Source: Obrimoposthia wandeli (taxonomy: Eukaryota). Taken from it: 64,000 nt of DNA. Shown here piece after piece: positions 32,814 through 45,874 of the stretch. The stretch covers positions 124,001 through 188,000 of the forward strand of contig CDROCS010001209.1 of assembly GCA_977020255.1 (NCBI GenBank), read 5' to 3'. How positions within the stretch are numbered: position 1 is the stretch's first letter; the number at the start of each line of letters is the position of its first letter. The notes below the pieces were generated by a model. The model saw nothing but the letters and a program-made list of their open reading frames with translations, was not told the origin of the DNA and made no database searches. Made by a program: the position numbers and the translations under genes.

Positions 32814-32846
32814 AAAAAAAACGCCCCCGTATGACGGAGGCGTTTT
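32814..32846 (-). terminator. Intrinsic terminator after prs
   Basis: aaaacgcc(c)ccgt..acggaggcgtttt with a U-tract on the minus strand. Confidence 0.8.
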
Positions 32847-32881
32847 CATTCAAAGACTTTATCTGTTGAGTAAGCTAGTGA

Positions 32882-33829
32882 TTAGTGCTCAAACATCGCA
32901 GAAATAGACTCTTCATTGCTGATACGACGAATCGCTTCTGCAAGCATGCCTGAAAGCGTTAATACAGATACACGACCTGTAGCAATGATTTCTTTTGACA
33001 GCGGGATAGAGTCAGTCACGATAACTTCATCAATAACTGATTCGCTGATGTTTTTAACGGCACTACCAGAGAACACTGGGTGAGTTGCATAAGCGAATAC
33101 ACGCTTAGCGCCACGCTCTTTAAGTGCTTCAGCTGCTTTACATAATGTACCGCCAGTATCGATCATATCATCTACAATGATACAGTCACGACCTTCAACG
33201 TCACCGATAAGGTGCATTACCTGAGAAACGTTCGCACGTGGACGACGTTTATCGATAATTGCAATATCAGTATCATCAAGTAGCTTAGCGATTGCACGAG
33301 CACGTACAACGCCACCGATGTCTGGAGAAACAACAACGGGATCTTCCAGATTTCTCGCTAGTATGTCTTCAAGAAGAACGGGGCTACCGAATACGTTGTC
33401 TACAGGTACATCGAAGAAGCCTTGAATTTGCTCTGCGTGTAAGTCAACAGTTAGAACGCGGTCAACACCTACGTTAGAAAGGAAATCGGCAACTACTTTA
33501 GCTGTGATTGGAACACGAGCAGAACGTACGCGACGATCTTGGCGAGCATAACCGAAGTAAGGAATTACAGCAGTAATACGGCCAGCAGAAGCGCGGCGTA
33601 GTGCATCGATCATCACAACCAATTCCATTAGGTTGTCATTGGTTGGCGCACAAGTTGATTGAATAATGAATACGTCACTACCACGAACGTTTTCATTAAT
33701 CTGAACGCATACTTCACCATCGGAAAAACGATTTACTGTCGCATCTCCTAGTGAAATGTAAAGACGGTCAGCAATGCGTTGGGCTAGTTCTGGTGTAGCG
33801 TTACCAGCAAACAGCTTCATATCAGGCAC
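32882..33829 (-). CDS. prs: Ribose-phosphate pyrophosphokinase (GTG start, 315 aa)
   Basis: [31 protein letters not shown]. Confidence 0.98.
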   Translation of the reverse strand: MPDMKLFAGNATPELAQRIADRLYISLGDATVNRFSDGEVCVQINENVRGSDVFIIQSTCAPTNDNLMELVVMIDALRRASAGRITAVIPYFGYARQDRRVRSARVPITAKVVADFLSNVGVDRVLTVDLHAEQIQGFFDVPVDNVFGSPVLLEDILARNLEDPVVVSPDIGGVVRARAIAKLLDDTDIAIIDKRRPRANVSQVMHLIGDVEGRDCIIVDDMIDTGGTLCKAAEALKERGAKRVFAYATHPVFSGSAVKNISESVIDEVIVTDSIPLSKEIIATGRVSVLTLSGMLAEAIRRISNEESISAMFEH

Positions 33830-33861
33830 GGTGGAAACCTCAGGTTGCGTCCAAGTTGTAG

Positions 33862-34764
33862 TTACTGACAATCCGTAGAATGTACGTTCAGGGTTGCCAT
33901 CAGGGGAGATGTATTAACACCTTTTGCGACAAATCCGTGGAGCCAGTTAGGTAATGTCTTTAATATGGCATCAGCTTCTTGTTTTGAGCTAAATTCAGCA
34001 AACACACAAGCGCCAGTGCCAGTCAATCTTGACGGCGCGTATTCTAACAGCCACGAAACCGCCTTATCAACCTCGGGATGCAGTCTTCTGACAATTTTTT
34101 CGCAATCGTTTTCGTAAACGCCTGCTAAAAGGGCTTCCAGACTACGTTTTTCAGTATTTCTAATTAAATCGGGATGGGTGAAAATATCAACAGTTGCAAT
34201 GCTTACATTCGGTTTTGTGACTAAGAACCACTTTTCTTGAGGGGTTGCTGGCTGTAATTTTTCACCAACGCCTTCGGCAAATGCACTAAAACCTTTCACA
34301 AAAACGGGTACATCAGCCCCTAGTGCAAGACCAATATCAGCTAATTCATCTAAATCTAGCTGGGTTTGCCACAAGTAATTGAGCGCAACAAGTGTGGTCG
34401 CTGCGTTTGATGAACCACCACCGAGTCCTCCTCCCATCGGTAATATCTTATCTATTTCGATATGAGCGCCAAATGTCGTCCCTGTAGCCTGACGTAATGC
34501 ATCGGCAGCACGATAGATAAGGTTATCTTCGGTGTTCACGCCTTCAATGGCAGGATTGATTGTGATAGCCGATGTATTGGTTGCTGTAATTGCTAATGTA
34601 TCGCCATAATCCAAAAATTGAAACAGCGTTTGGAGCTCATGATAACCGTTCGGTCGTTGCCCTGTAATGTATAAAAAAAGGTTTAATTTTGCAGGGGAAG
34701 GCCAACGTGTTTGATGATTAAAAATAGGGGCGCAATTTGATTGATTATTCACAGTCGTTATCAT
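33862..34764 (-). CDS. ispE: 4-diphosphocytidyl-2-C-methyl-D-erythritol kinase
   Basis: [34 protein letters not shown]. Confidence 0.97.
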   Translation of the reverse strand: MITTVNNQSNCAPIFNHQTRWPSPAKLNLFLYITGQRPNGYHELQTLFQFLDYGDTLAITATNTSAITINPAIEGVNTEDNLIYRAADALRQATGTTFGAHIEIDKILPMGGGLGGGSSNAATTLVALNYLWQTQLDLDELADIGLALGADVPVFVKGFSAFAEGVGEKLQPATPQEKWFLVTKPNVSIATVDIFTHPDLIRNTEKRSLEALLAGVYENDCEKIVRRLHPEVDKAVSWLLEYAPSRLTGTGACVFAEFSSKQEADAILKTLPNWLHGFVAKGVNTSPLMATLNVHSTDCQ

Positions 34765-35432
34765 TTCTTATGTATATCCCACTCATTAATTATAAGCGTG
34801 ATTTGTTGTTTGTCTTGTGTGAGCACCATGCGCTTTGGTAGCGAGGGATAAATGGAATAATCGTATTCTTGATAATCCATTTCCCATGTTTGTCCATCTA
34901 CCTGTTTTGCTAAGTATGCCACACGATTTTGAGGGTTAAGTTGATAAGTATCAGCAGCGGTAGGTAAACCAATCAGCCAGTCACGCATTTGTTCTATGGG
35001 CAGGTTTATTCCGGTTAATTCACGAACTAATCCTGAGGCATTAGCGCCTGAGTGTTGCTTACCATCATAATCAACTAAGGTTGTCATTTTGGGTGTAGCG
35101 TCTAACTTAAGTAATGTTTTACCTAGAAAATTGGTTAACAACAATTTGTCACTATTGGGTGTTGTTTGCCAAATCATGTTGCCACCAAAGCGTAACTTCG
35201 GTGCTTTATAGCCCAATTTTCCTTTGGCATCATATCGAGATAGGTTTTCTAGGGCCTTCTCGTGAGTTACCCAATCGGTTGTCGTTGCTATTGGTGCTTG
35301 TTGCGCACAGCCTGCAAGAAGGGATAAAAAAAGTGGAAAAACGATAAAGTACCATGAACGTTTAGCTGGAATTAGAGTGGAAAATATTGCAGACATAATA
35401 AAGTGACTCGATGAGTGCTTTTGCGCAAACAA
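34761..35432 (-). CDS. lolB: Outer membrane lipoprotein receptor LolB (start may be downstream, near 35396)
   Basis: Lipobox LAGC; [14 protein letters not shown]; ATGA overlap with ispE. Confidence 0.93.
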   Translation of the reverse strand: MFAQKHSSSHFIMSAIFSTLIPAKRSWYFIVFPLFLSLLAGCAQQAPIATTTDWVTHEKALENLSRYDAKGKLGYKAPKLRFGGNMIWQTTPNSDKLLLTNFLGKTLLKLDATPKMTTLVDYDGKQHSGANASGLVRELTGINLPIEQMRDWLIGLPTAADTYQLNPQNRVAYLAKQVDGQTWEMDYQEYDYSIYPSLPKRMVLTQDKQQITLIINEWDIHKK

Positions 35433-35782
35433 TAGCGTTAATTATTCGATAAGCCAAATAAAAATGTAATTTCATTGGTGTGTTTATCATAAAATTTTTT
35501 TTTGTTTAACGCGATGGATTTTTGATTTATTTATGACATGCGGTTTTGTCTTTAATTGATATTTTATTATTATTATTCATGTTATTACAATTTTTAATTG
35601 CTGTTCTTTAATACTAGGCTGAAGTGGCGTTATATGGGGGAAGGCATAAGAAAAATGTATTTAATACTCTACAAATACGGGGTTATCTCGGAACGATTAC
35701 ATCTGTTGCCTTTTATTACGGTGGGGCATCAAGTAAAATCCCCCCTTAGATCTTTCACTGGCGAAGTTGGTAACCTGTCTCC

Positions 35783-37045
35783 ATGACCCTGCTTGCATTA
35801 GGTATAAACCACAACACAGCTTCTGTCGATTTGCGTGAAAAAGTTGCTTTCTCACCAGATAAACTGAAAGAAGCGCTACAGCAGTTAGAGTCACACCCTG
35901 AGGTGACAAGTAGCATTATTGTATCTACTTGCAACCGAACGGAAGTTTACTGTGATGTAACGCATTCAGGCCCGGGTGTCATGATTGACTGGTTAGCGAA
36001 ATTTCATCAGCTATCAGCAGAAGAGATTTTGCCAAGTTTGTATTTTCATGAAGAGCAAGCTGCTGCACGCCATTTAATGCGCGTTGCTTGTGGGCTTGAT
36101 TCGTTAATACTTGGTGAACCTCAGATTTTAGGTCAAGTAAAGCAGTCATATTCTTCCTCGCAAGAGTATGATGCAATTCATGGCACCTTAGAAAAGCTGT
36201 TCCATAAAACATTCACTGTTGCGAAACGTGTTCGTACTGAAACGGATATTGGCGGAAATGCGGTATCGGTTGCTTACGCTGCTTGTACATTAGCCAAACA
36301 AATTTTTGAGTCTCTTTCTGATGCTACTGTGCTGTTGGTAGGGGCTGGTGAAACTATCGAACTTGTTTCTCGTCATTTAGTCGAGCAAGGCTGTAATAAG
36401 TTAATTGTTGCGAATCGAACGAAAGAGCGAGCTGCCAATTTAGCGGAAGAGTTTGGCGCAGAAGTGATTGGCTTACCAGAGATACCAGAGCACTTACACC
36501 GTGCCGATATCGTGATTAGTTCAACGGCTAGCCCTTTGCCGATTGTGGGTAAAGGTATGGTAGAAAAAGCCATTAAAGCACGTCGACATCAGCCTATGCT
36601 GTTCGTTGATATTGCGGTGCCCCGTGATGTTGAAGCGGAAGTGGGAGATTTAAACGATGTGTATTTATATACAGTTGATGACTTACACAGCATCATTGAA
36701 AAAAACCGAGAACAACGTAAGGTAGCCGCCATTCAAGCGGAAGCAATTATCAGTGAAGAAAGTGCAGCTTTCATGAGTTGGTTACGTTCACTGGAAGCTG
36801 TCGATAGTATTCGCCAGTATCGTTGTTTTGCCGATGATATCAAAAATGACATGCTAAGCCGAAGCCTACAAGCTATTGCTAATGGCGTGGCTCCTGAGAA
36901 AGTATTGGCTGAACTAAGTAATAAATTGACCAATAAACTCATTCATGCGCCAACCCGCGCGATGCAGCAGGCGGCTCACAATGGTGAACCAGAAAAACTG
37001 TCTGTTATTCGTGAAACGCTGGGTTTGGACTCGATTAAAGATTAA
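35783..37045 (+). CDS. hemA: Glutamyl-tRNA reductase
   Basis: [28 protein letters not shown]. Confidence 0.98.
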   Translation: MTLLALGINHNTASVDLREKVAFSPDKLKEALQQLESHPEVTSSIIVSTCNRTEVYCDVTHSGPGVMIDWLAKFHQLSAEEILPSLYFHEEQAAARHLMRVACGLDSLILGEPQILGQVKQSYSSSQEYDAIHGTLEKLFHKTFTVAKRVRTETDIGGNAVSVAYAACTLAKQIFESLSDATVLLVGAGETIELVSRHLVEQGCNKLIVANRTKERAANLAEEFGAEVIGLPEIPEHLHRADIVISSTASPLPIVGKGMVEKAIKARRHQPMLFVDIAVPRDVEAEVGDLNDVYLYTVDDLHSIIEKNREQRKVAAIQAEAIISEESAAFMSWLRSLEAVDSIRQYRCFADDIKNDMLSRSLQAIANGVAPEKVLAELSNKLTNKLIHAPTRAMQQAAHNGEPEKLSVIRETLGLDSIKD

Positions 37046-37057
37046 TTTAAAGATCCT

Positions 37058-38146
37058 ATGAAATCATCAATTTTAGTTAAATTAGAAACCCTGGTTGAGC
37101 GTTACGAAGAAATTCAACATTTGCTTGGCGACCCTGGCATTATCGGTGATCAAAACAAGTTCCGAGCGTTGTCTAAAGAGTACTCTCAGTTAGAAGGCAT
37201 TACGCAATGCTTCCAGGCTTACTTGGGTGCAAAAGGTGATCTTGAAGCCGCAGAAGAAATGGCGCAAGAAGATGATCCTGAAATGCGTGAAATGGCGCAA
37301 GAAGAAGTTAAAGAATCTAAAGCCAATATTCTTCGCCTAGAAGATGAACTTCAGGTGCTATTGATTCCTAAAGATCCTAACGATGATCGTAACTGTTTTG
37401 TTGAAATTCGCGCCGGTGCGGGTGGTGATGAAGCTGGCATCTTCGCGGGTGATTTATTCCGTATGTACAGCCGATATGCAGAACGTCGTGGCTGGCGTAT
37501 TGAAGTAATCAATGAAAACCGTTCTGAGCAGGGCGGTTACAAAGAAATGATTGCGAAGGTAAGTGGCGATGGCGCTTACGGCGTATTGAAATTTGAGTCT
37601 GGTGGTCACCGTGTGCAGCGCGTGCCTGCAACAGAATCACAAGGTCGTGTTCACACATCAGCATGTACTGTTGCGGTAATGCCTGAAGTTCCTGAAGCGG
37701 AAGTTCCTGAAATTAATACTGGCGATCTAAAAATAGATACGTTCCGTTCATCAGGCGCGGGTGGTCAGCACGTAAACACGACTGACTCTGCTATTCGTAT
37801 TACTCACTTACCTACGGGTATTGTGGTTGAGTGTCAGGATGAACGTTCACAGCATAAAAACAAAGCGAAAGCGATGTCTGTTCTTGCTGCGCGTATCACT
37901 AAAGCTGAAGAAGAAAAACGACATGCAGAAGAAGCAAGCACGCGTCGTAATCTACTAGGTTCTGGTGATCGTTCAGACCGTATTCGCACGTATAACTATC
38001 CTCAGGGTCGTGTATCAGACCACCGTATCACGTTGACACTTTACCGCTTGAATGAAGTGATGGAAGGGGATATGGATAGCTTGATTCAACCTGTTATTCA
38101 AGAACACCAAGCAGACGAACTCGCTGCGATGGCAGATCAAAACTAA
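37058..38146 (+). CDS. prfA: Peptide chain release factor 1
   Basis: PAT anticodon-mimic motif, [14 protein letters not shown]. Confidence 0.98.
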   Translation: MKSSILVKLETLVERYEEIQHLLGDPGIIGDQNKFRALSKEYSQLEGITQCFQAYLGAKGDLEAAEEMAQEDDPEMREMAQEEVKESKANILRLEDELQVLLIPKDPNDDRNCFVEIRAGAGGDEAGIFAGDLFRMYSRYAERRGWRIEVINENRSEQGGYKEMIAKVSGDGAYGVLKFESGGHRVQRVPATESQGRVHTSACTVAVMPEVPEAEVPEINTGDLKIDTFRSSGAGGQHVNTTDSAIRITHLPTGIVVECQDERSQHKNKAKAMSVLAARITKAEEEKRHAEEASTRRNLLGSGDRSDRIRTYNYPQGRVSDHRITLTLYRLNEVMEGDMDSLIQPVIQEHQADELAAMADQN

Positions 38147-38994
38147 TGCCATTATGCATCGATGCACTATTAAAACAGGCAACGTTGCAGTTAACCAAGG
38201 CGGGCTCTGATAGCCCGCAATTGGATGCCGCAGTATTGCTTTGCCATGTGTTAGATAAACCCCGCAGTTACTTGCTAACTTGGCCTGAAAAAGAGCCAAG
38301 CGATGAGCAATTCACGGCATTTGAAGCGCTTCTTACTCGACGTATTACGGGGGAGCCCGTGGCTTACATTTTAGGCGAGCGAGAGTTTTGGTCACTGCCT
38401 CTGAAGGTGTCACCTTTTACGCTAATACCTCGTCCAGATACCGAACGTTTGGTTGAGTTGGCATTAGAGAAAATACCGAATGAACCTTGCTCAGTGCTTG
38501 ATTTAGGTACGGGTACAGGCGCTATTGCTTTAGCTATTGCGTCTGAGCGTAATGATGCTCAGGTAACGGGAATTGACTTACGGCCTGAAGCCGCTGAACT
38601 TGCGTCTGAAAATGGTCAACGTCTTAATATACAGAATGCGCGTTTTTTGGCAGGTAGTTGGTATACCCCGCTTGCTAGTGATGAGCTGTTTTCAGTGATT
38701 GTGAGTAACCCCCCTTATATTGATGCTGCGGATCCACATTTGGTGCTGGGTGATGTACGCTTTGAACCGAAAACTGCATTGGTTGCTGATGATAATGGAT
38801 TAGCTGATATTAAAATTATCAGTGAACAAGGTCGACAACATTTGCAAACAGGTGGCTGGTTGCTAATGGAACACGGTTTCGAACAAGGTGAAACTGTACG
38901 ACATATTTTACAGGAACTGGGTTATCACCTGGTCTCAACCGCGCAAGACTATGCGGGGCTTGATCGAGTCACCCTAGGTTGCTGGCAAGGATAG
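38146..38994 (+). CDS. prmC: Release factor glutamine methyltransferase (HemK)
   Basis: LIPRPDTE, DLGTGTG, SNPPY. Confidence 0.97.
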   Translation: MPLCIDALLKQATLQLTKAGSDSPQLDAAVLLCHVLDKPRSYLLTWPEKEPSDEQFTAFEALLTRRITGEPVAYILGEREFWSLPLKVSPFTLIPRPDTERLVELALEKIPNEPCSVLDLGTGTGAIALAIASERNDAQVTGIDLRPEAAELASENGQRLNIQNARFLAGSWYTPLASDELFSVIVSNPPYIDAADPHLVLGDVRFEPKTALVADDNGLADIKIISEQGRQHLQTGGWLLMEHGFEQGETVRHILQELGYHLVSTAQDYAGLDRVTLGCWQG

Positions 38995-39006
38995 AGAGAA
39001 AATATT

Positions 39007-39387
39007 ATGTATGAATCAGTAAAAAACCTTCATTTCGTCGCGATTGCACTGAGTGTGTCTTTGTTTATTATTCGTTATTGTTTGATGATGGCGGACTCTT
39101 CTTTACTGGAAAAGAAATTCCTGAAAATCACCCCACACGCAGTGGATACTGTGTTGTTGCTAACGGGGGTAGGGCTTATATTTATTACTGGTTTTATGCC
39201 CTTTACTGCTGAAGGTGGTTGGTTAACTGAAAAAATCACGTGTGTCTTTGCTTATATCGCATTGGGTGTTTTTACATTACACGTGGGTAAAAATAAAGTG
39301 TTTAAAACATTCGCATTTTTTGGCGCATTAGGCTGGATAGTACTAGCCGCTAAGCTTGCGATAATGAAAACGCCACTTCTGGGATAA
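39007..39387 (+). CDS. ychQ: SirB2/YchQ family membrane protein
   Basis: PHAVDTVLL, WLTEK, YIALG; position in hemA operon. Confidence 0.88.
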   Translation: MYESVKNLHFVAIALSVSLFIIRYCLMMADSSLLEKKFLKITPHAVDTVLLLTGVGLIFITGFMPFTAEGGWLTEKITCVFAYIALGVFTLHVGKNKVFKTFAFFGALGWIVLAAKLAIMKTPLLG

Positions 39388-39389
39388 TC

Positions 39390-40199
39390 ATGTTGCAGTT
39401 TAATGATGACGAATTGGATCAAATGGCGTTGGTGGAAGGGGCTTTAGAGATCACCTCTGTGATTGATCCAAGCTTTCCAGCTGCCAGAATCCGCCTACAA
39501 TTGAAGCAGCTGGCAAAAGAAGCTGAACATGCCTTAATGGATGAGCCTAATCTTCATCTACGCTTGGAAGGTTTAATTCGACTCTTTTATAGAGAGTGGG
39601 GATTCCAAGGGGATCAGCAACAGTATTTCTCTTCTGAAAATGCGTTACTGGATAAAGTTCTTGAGCGCAAAAAAGGGATCCCTGTCAGCCTTGGTGCTAT
39701 TTTCTTATATTTGGCGCGTCATCTTGAACTACCGGTGAGCAGTGTTGGTTTTCCTACTCAATATATTTTGAAAGTTGATTGGTATGATGGTGAACAGCAG
39801 TTCATTAATCCTTTTGATGGCGAATATATTAGCTTGCGTACATTACGCGGTTGGCTAATTGGTTATAAAGGACCATTTTGTGAGTTGAAAGATGAGCATT
39901 TAGCGATCGCAGATAATAAAGATATTCTCGCGCGTTGGTTAACGGTATTGAAAAGTGCCCTTTTGCGAGAAGAACATTATACCGATGCTTTGCGTTGTAG
40001 TGATCTTGCATTGTCTTTACGCCCAGATGATCCCCATGAAATTAGAGATCGTGGTTATATCTATCAGCAATTAGATTGTAGCCATGCAGCAGCAACAGAT
40101 TACGCTTATTTTATTGAGCAATGCCCTGAAGACCCAGCGGCTGAATTGCTTAAGTTACAGGTTCAAGCGCTTAATGAAGAGCCTTTAACCCTGCATTAA
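39390..40199 (+). CDS. ychA: SirB1/YchA transglutaminase-like TPR protein
   Basis: KKGIPVSLG, DPHEIRDRG; position in hemA operon. Confidence 0.9.
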   Translation: MLQFNDDELDQMALVEGALEITSVIDPSFPAARIRLQLKQLAKEAEHALMDEPNLHLRLEGLIRLFYREWGFQGDQQQYFSSENALLDKVLERKKGIPVSLGAIFLYLARHLELPVSSVGFPTQYILKVDWYDGEQQFINPFDGEYISLRTLRGWLIGYKGPFCELKDEHLAIADNKDILARWLTVLKSALLREEHYTDALRCSDLALSLRPDDPHEIRDRGYIYQQLDCSHAAATDYAYFIEQCPEDPAAELLKLQVQALNEEPLTLH

Positions 40200-40203
40200 T
40201 TAA

Positions 40204-41073
<870 letters not shown>

Positions 41074-41105
41074 GTTACCTACTACTACGTAGAAAATTGA
41101 TTAAT

Positions 41106-41145
41106 AAAAAAGGCTAAGTAGAGTATTCTGCTTAGCCTTTTTTTT
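41106..41145. terminator. Intrinsic terminator after kdsA
   Basis: aaaaaaggctaag..cttagcctttttt. Confidence 0.85.
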
Positions 41146-41390
41146 GGTTGTTTCTATTTTAAACAGTTTCGTCTGTTTATATAAAATATTACCTGTTCAT
41201 TTAAATTGGTTGATTTAACTGCTTGTGGCTTTATTTGTGGGTGTATAAGTTATTCATGTGAGAAATATTAGGAGATGAAGCTATATATTAACCAGTAATA
41301 GAGTGATATCTGTCACGTCATCTTTTTGTATATTAAATACTGCTACTTCATACTAATTCGAAAGTAAATTTCGAATTAGTAGGATATAGC

Positions 41391-42647
41391 GTGTCATTAT
41401 CTCAAGGTATACCATTAAGCGATACATCGACTGGGCAGAGTCGTTGGAACCGTCATGATACAAGCTGGATGCTGAGTTTATTTGGAACAGCTGTTGGTGC
41501 CGGCATTCTGTTTTTACCTATAAATATTGGTGCTGGTGGTTTTTGGTCCTTGGTTATTATGGCGTTACTGGCAGGTCCAATGACGTTTTTTTCTCACCGT
41601 GGTTTAGCGCGGTTTGTACTATCCTCTTCTCAAGCGAATGCAGATTTTACCTATGTTGTTGAAGAGCACTTTGGTGTATCAACTGGTCGTATTATTTCTG
41701 TTCTGTATTTCTTATCTATTTTCCCTATCTTATTGATCTATGGTGTTGGGCTAACTAATACCGTTGATAGCTTTATTGTTAACCAGCTTGGCATGTCTTC
41801 TCCTTCACGCATTGTATTATCAGGTATCTTGGTATTCGGTATGATTTCGGTGATGCTGGCTGGTGAAAAGATCATGCTAAAAGTATTTGAAGTTATTGTG
41901 TATCCATTAGCATTTATTTTAGCGGGCTTATCATTATATTTGGTGCCTAGCTGGCACTTGCCTGAAATGTCGAACACATTCGATATTGGGCAATTATTAA
42001 CAACATTATGGTTAGCTATTCCTGTTACTGTTTTTGCTTTTAGTCATGCCGCTGCCATTTCTAGTTTTTCTGGTGCACAGCGTCGTCATTATGGTGATAA
42101 AGCCTTACCTAAAACGGAGCAAATATTAAAGCGTACGTCAGTTATGTTGATTTCTTTTGTGCTGTTTTTTGTTTTTTCATGTGTATTGAGTTTGAGCTCT
42201 GAACAATTACTTGAAGCTAAAATACAGAATGTTTCAGTATTATCGTATTTAGCCAATGTGCATGACAGCCAGTTCATTGTCGCTCTTGGACCATTAATTG
42301 CGTTTATTGCCATTTCATCTTCATTTTTAGGGCATTTCCTTGGTGCTCGCGAAAGTTTAAATGGCTTATTGCAAAAGCAAACTCGATTCAGTAATAAAAA
42401 TATGGATCGCTTGGGAATTATTTTTATGTTCTTTTGTATTTGGGGCGCAGCAGTATTAAACCCAAGTATTCTAGGCATGATGGAGGCATTCTCTGGGCCG
42501 ATTATTGCTATGATTTTGTTTGTTATGCCAATGGTTGCCGTTTATAAAATAGAGGCATTAAAGCGGTATCGTCGTCATTTTAGTACGTACTTTATTTTAG
42601 GAATGGGGTTATTGGCAGTGTCAGCAATAATCTTTAATTTGGTTTAA
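41391..42647 (+). CDS. HAAAP family amino acid permease (SdaC/TdcC-like)
   Basis: WMLSLFGTAVGAGILFLPI, FSHAAAISSF, SSFLGHFLGARE; about 11 hydrophobic segments. Confidence 0.88.
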   Translation: MSLSQGIPLSDTSTGQSRWNRHDTSWMLSLFGTAVGAGILFLPINIGAGGFWSLVIMALLAGPMTFFSHRGLARFVLSSSQANADFTYVVEEHFGVSTGRIISVLYFLSIFPILLIYGVGLTNTVDSFIVNQLGMSSPSRIVLSGILVFGMISVMLAGEKIMLKVFEVIVYPLAFILAGLSLYLVPSWHLPEMSNTFDIGQLLTTLWLAIPVTVFAFSHAAAISSFSGAQRRHYGDKALPKTEQILKRTSVMLISFVLFFVFSCVLSLSSEQLLEAKIQNVSVLSYLANVHDSQFIVALGPLIAFIAISSSFLGHFLGARESLNGLLQKQTRFSNKNMDRLGIIFMFFCIWGAAVLNPSILGMMEAFSGPIIAMILFVMPMVAVYKIEALKRYRRHFSTYFILGMGLLAVSAIIFNLV

Positions 42648-42672
42648 TTTCACTTGTTATGTTGTTTGATCT

Positions 42673-42705
42673 AAAAAAGGCTTACCAAATCGGTAAGCCT
42701 TTTTT
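42673..42705. terminator. Bidirectional terminator between the permease and the MCP
   Basis: aaaaaggcttacc..ggtaagcctttt. Confidence 0.85.
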
Positions 42706-42732
42706 GTGCTGATCTTATCTTTAAATATGTTT

Positions 42733-44616
42733 CTACAGTTTAAAGCGATTAATTTCTTGCTGTAGTTCATGAGATAAGTTTGAAAGCTCTGCAGCTTGTT
42801 GTGCTGCTTGGTCTGCTTCTACTGCTAGTTCGTTAGATACGTCGCGGATCCCTTCCGTATTACGTGTGATTTCGGCAGTTACAGATGACTGTTCTTCAGC
42901 AGCAGATGCAATCTGGGTTGCCATATCACTGATATTTGTTACTGCAGTATTAATTTGCGATAGGCTTGCTGATGCAGAATTTGCATCATCAACACTTGTT
43001 TCGGCAAGGTGACGGCTATCTTCCATAATACCAACAGCACGGCCAGTTGTTTGCTGTAAGGTTTCAATCATTTGTTGAATTTCTTGAGTCGAAGCATGAG
43101 TACGTTGGCTTAATACACGTACCTCATCAGCTACAACAGCAAAACCACGACCTTGCTCACCAGCGCGTGCTGCTTCAATAGCTGCATTGAGTGCTAATAA
43201 GTTTGTCTGTTCTGCAATTCCTTGAATCGTTGAAAGAATCGTATTGATGCTTTGTGCATGTGTATTCAATTCACCAATAACTTGTGTGGCTGTTTCAACT
43301 TCACCCGCAAGGCTACTGATTGATTGCTGACTTTGTTTTACTTGCGTTGCACCATGTTCAGAGACTTCAACCGTTTCACCTGAGGTTTTCGCGGTGTTAT
43401 CAGCATTGCCTGCTATTTCTTGGGTTGCCGCCGCCATTTCATTTATTGCAGTTGCGACCATGTTGATTTCGTCTTGCTGGTGCTGAATGCGAGTACTACG
43501 TTCTTCCGCTTGGGAAGCCGTAATGTGTGATTGTTGGTTCAGAGAAGCTGACACTTCACTTAAACGGCTCACCATACCGTGCATATTGCCGACAAAGCGA
43601 TTGAAGTTATGTGCGAGCTGACCGACTTCATCATCACTACGTGGTTCAAGGCGTTGAGTTAGATCGCCTTCACCTGTCGCAATCTTTGCTAATGCATCTG
43701 AAACGCGGCTTAAATCACGGAACAAGAAGCCGACAAGTGAGGCAACAGCACCCACCACAACGAGCGTGATAATAATAGATGTAATGATTAGCTGACGAAG
43801 TAGTGATGCATGGCTCGCTTCTTCTGTCGCTTGGTCCATTTCAAGGCCCATGATCCAGTTAGTGCCGGGTACATTCTTGAAATACAACAGTTTGGCTTTA
43901 CCTTGAATCGTCGCTGGTTCAATAAGATTGTCTTGAATAGCAGATTCAATTACTGGCATGCTCATTTCTTTGCTGTAACTGTTAATTGGCTTTAACAGTA
44001 GCGATTTATTAGGGTGCGCTAGAAAGGTGCCATCTTGTTTATTGATTAGCATTGCGTAAGCGTTGTCACCAACATTAAGATTAATGACGTCATTGATCAG
44101 TTGATCAATTAGCACATCTGCACCCACAACCCCGATAAACTTACCATTTTTATTTATGGGCTCGGCAATCGTAATTAACAGAGAATTAGTGATGGCATCT
44201 TGGTATGCCGTTGTAATTATTTGTTTGCCTGCATTTTGTGCATCACGATACCAAGGACGAGTGCGTGGGTCATAACCTGCACGGTTACGTTCAGGGTGTG
44301 AACGGAGCATATCGCCAGCAGGAGTACCTAAGAATATGTCGTCAAATCCACCGGCTTTACGGGCTTGTTGTAAAAAAGGGATGACATTTTCTTCAGTGCT
44401 GTAGTCATTAAATGCACTAGCGATATCTGTTCGAATAGATACCCAATCAGAGATCCCTTCAGTTGCAGCAGCTGACAAGCTTTCTGCTCGTGCATAAACA
44501 CCACTACGCGTTTGATCGAATAATTGATTTGCAGCTAACCAAGTTAACGCGGTTGCCATAACAACAACGGCCGATAAGCTGGCACCAATGAGTTTTTGTT
44601 TTAATGATAAATTCAT
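42733..44616 (-). CDS. Methyl-accepting chemotaxis protein (dCache sensor, HAMP, signalling domain); start reassigned to MNLSLK
   Basis: Two TMs; YDPRTRPWY dCache motif; [34 protein letters not shown]. Confidence 0.95.
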   Translation of the reverse strand: MNLSLKQKLIGASLSAVVVMATALTWLAANQLFDQTRSGVYARAESLSAAATEGISDWVSIRTDIASAFNDYSTEENVIPFLQQARKAGGFDDIFLGTPAGDMLRSHPERNRAGYDPRTRPWYRDAQNAGKQIITTAYQDAITNSLLITIAEPINKNGKFIGVVGADVLIDQLINDVINLNVGDNAYAMLINKQDGTFLAHPNKSLLLKPINSYSKEMSMPVIESAIQDNLIEPATIQGKAKLLYFKNVPGTNWIMGLEMDQATEEASHASLLRQLIITSIIITLVVVGAVASLVGFLFRDLSRVSDALAKIATGEGDLTQRLEPRSDDEVGQLAHNFNRFVGNMHGMVSRLSEVSASLNQQSHITASQAEERSTRIQHQQDEINMVATAINEMAAATQEIAGNADNTAKTSGETVEVSEHGATQVKQSQQSISSLAGEVETATQVIGELNTHAQSINTILSTIQGIAEQTNLLALNAAIEAARAGEQGRGFAVVADEVRVLSQRTHASTQEIQQMIETLQQTTGRAVGIMEDSRHLAETSVDDANSASASLSQINTAVTNISDMATQIASAAEEQSSVTAEITRNTEGIRDVSNELAVEADQAAQQAAELSNLSHELQQEINRFKL

Positions 44617-44869
44617 TTTTGGTCTCAGAAGAAAAATGGAGTAATTCGATATAAGGTGGCGAAGCTTATAGCTATTATTTGTGTTTTGCACGATAAAGTG
44701 GAAAGCATTTTAAATTTATAAAAGCAAGATGTTGTTCTGTGTTTTATTTGACGTGTTTCGCATGTTGGTCAAATAAATGGCGGGATTTGAGCATAAAAAG
44801 CCGATGCATATAAAGATCGACTTTTTAGGATTATTTATATTATTTAAATTATAGATTTAGTTGTTGTTT

Positions 44870-45790
44870 TAATTGTTTAATTTCCTGCTCGTCTTACTTT
44901 AATTACCGCATTAAATGTGAGTGAATTTCCATAATACCAACAGTCTGTTCAGCTCAAAGATACCTTAAGCTTGAAACAGCAAAAAACCACGACCTAGTCG
45001 ATAAAATCGTATTGATACTTTGTGTGTGAGTTTTTTTGTTTTTAATTCTTTAATTTTCGCGGTAACCTTACCATGGTGCAGTTTTAACGTCTGTTGATTT
45101 CTGTCTGCTGGTGCTGAATGCGAGTTGGCTTCTGCTTGGGAATTGACGGCTGGCTTTGCATATTTCCGACAAAGCGATGAGCAAGCTGACCGATCTCATC
45201 ATCACTACGTGCAAGGCGCTGCGGTGATATGTGACTTCTGTGTGATAATAATAGATGTAATGATTAGCTGAGGTAGTGAGGAATGACCTGCTTCTTCTGT
45301 CGCTTGGTCCATCATCGTATTGAAATACAGTTTTCTAAACGCTGAGTTAAATCGCCTTTTCCATTCGCTTCCGTCTTGCTTATTTATTAGTGATTGCAGC
45401 TTGTCGCCAAAAAGCTAAAGAGAAACGAACTAAATCTTCCGATCTTTTTAGGCTTGAAATCAACAGTGAATTAGTAACATTGGTTGTAATAGAGATATAC
45501 CAAGGACGAGTCAGTAATGTTGGTGACGTTCGCCTGCAGGAGTATAACCTATTTTCTTTTACCTTATAAAAAAGGAACGCATTATCTTGCTGTGCATGTG
45601 AGTGAGATATCACTTGCCAGCAGCCGATTTATATACCACTGTATGTTAATACCGCGATGAAATATGACACAACATGATCTCAGATATAATTTAATATAAG
45701 GTGGTGAAGTTTATAGCTATTGTTTATCTTTTGCACGATAAACTAGACAGCATTTAAATTTTATAAAATCAACATGTTTGCATTTAATTT
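44870..45790 (-). pseudogene. Deletion-condensed tandem relic of the adjacent MCP gene and its upstream region
   Basis: Colinear blocks matching the MCP locus, e.g. 44927-44943 = 43021-43037 (17/17), 45242-45271 = 43766-43795 (30/30), 45290-45312 = 43817-43839 (23/23); no long ORF; boundaries approximate. Confidence 0.85.
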
Positions 45791-45874
45791 GATGTTTAAC
45801 AAATGTCGAATTTGCATAAAAAAAAGTCTAGAAGTTATTCATTTTTTCATTCTGTCGCTTACGGTTTCGTTGCT

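Noticed and set aside
35433-35782. AT-rich lolB-hemA intergenic region with short ORFs
   Set aside because: Typical divergent promoter region; the ORFs lack an RBS or motif, and no repeat or stable structure was found.
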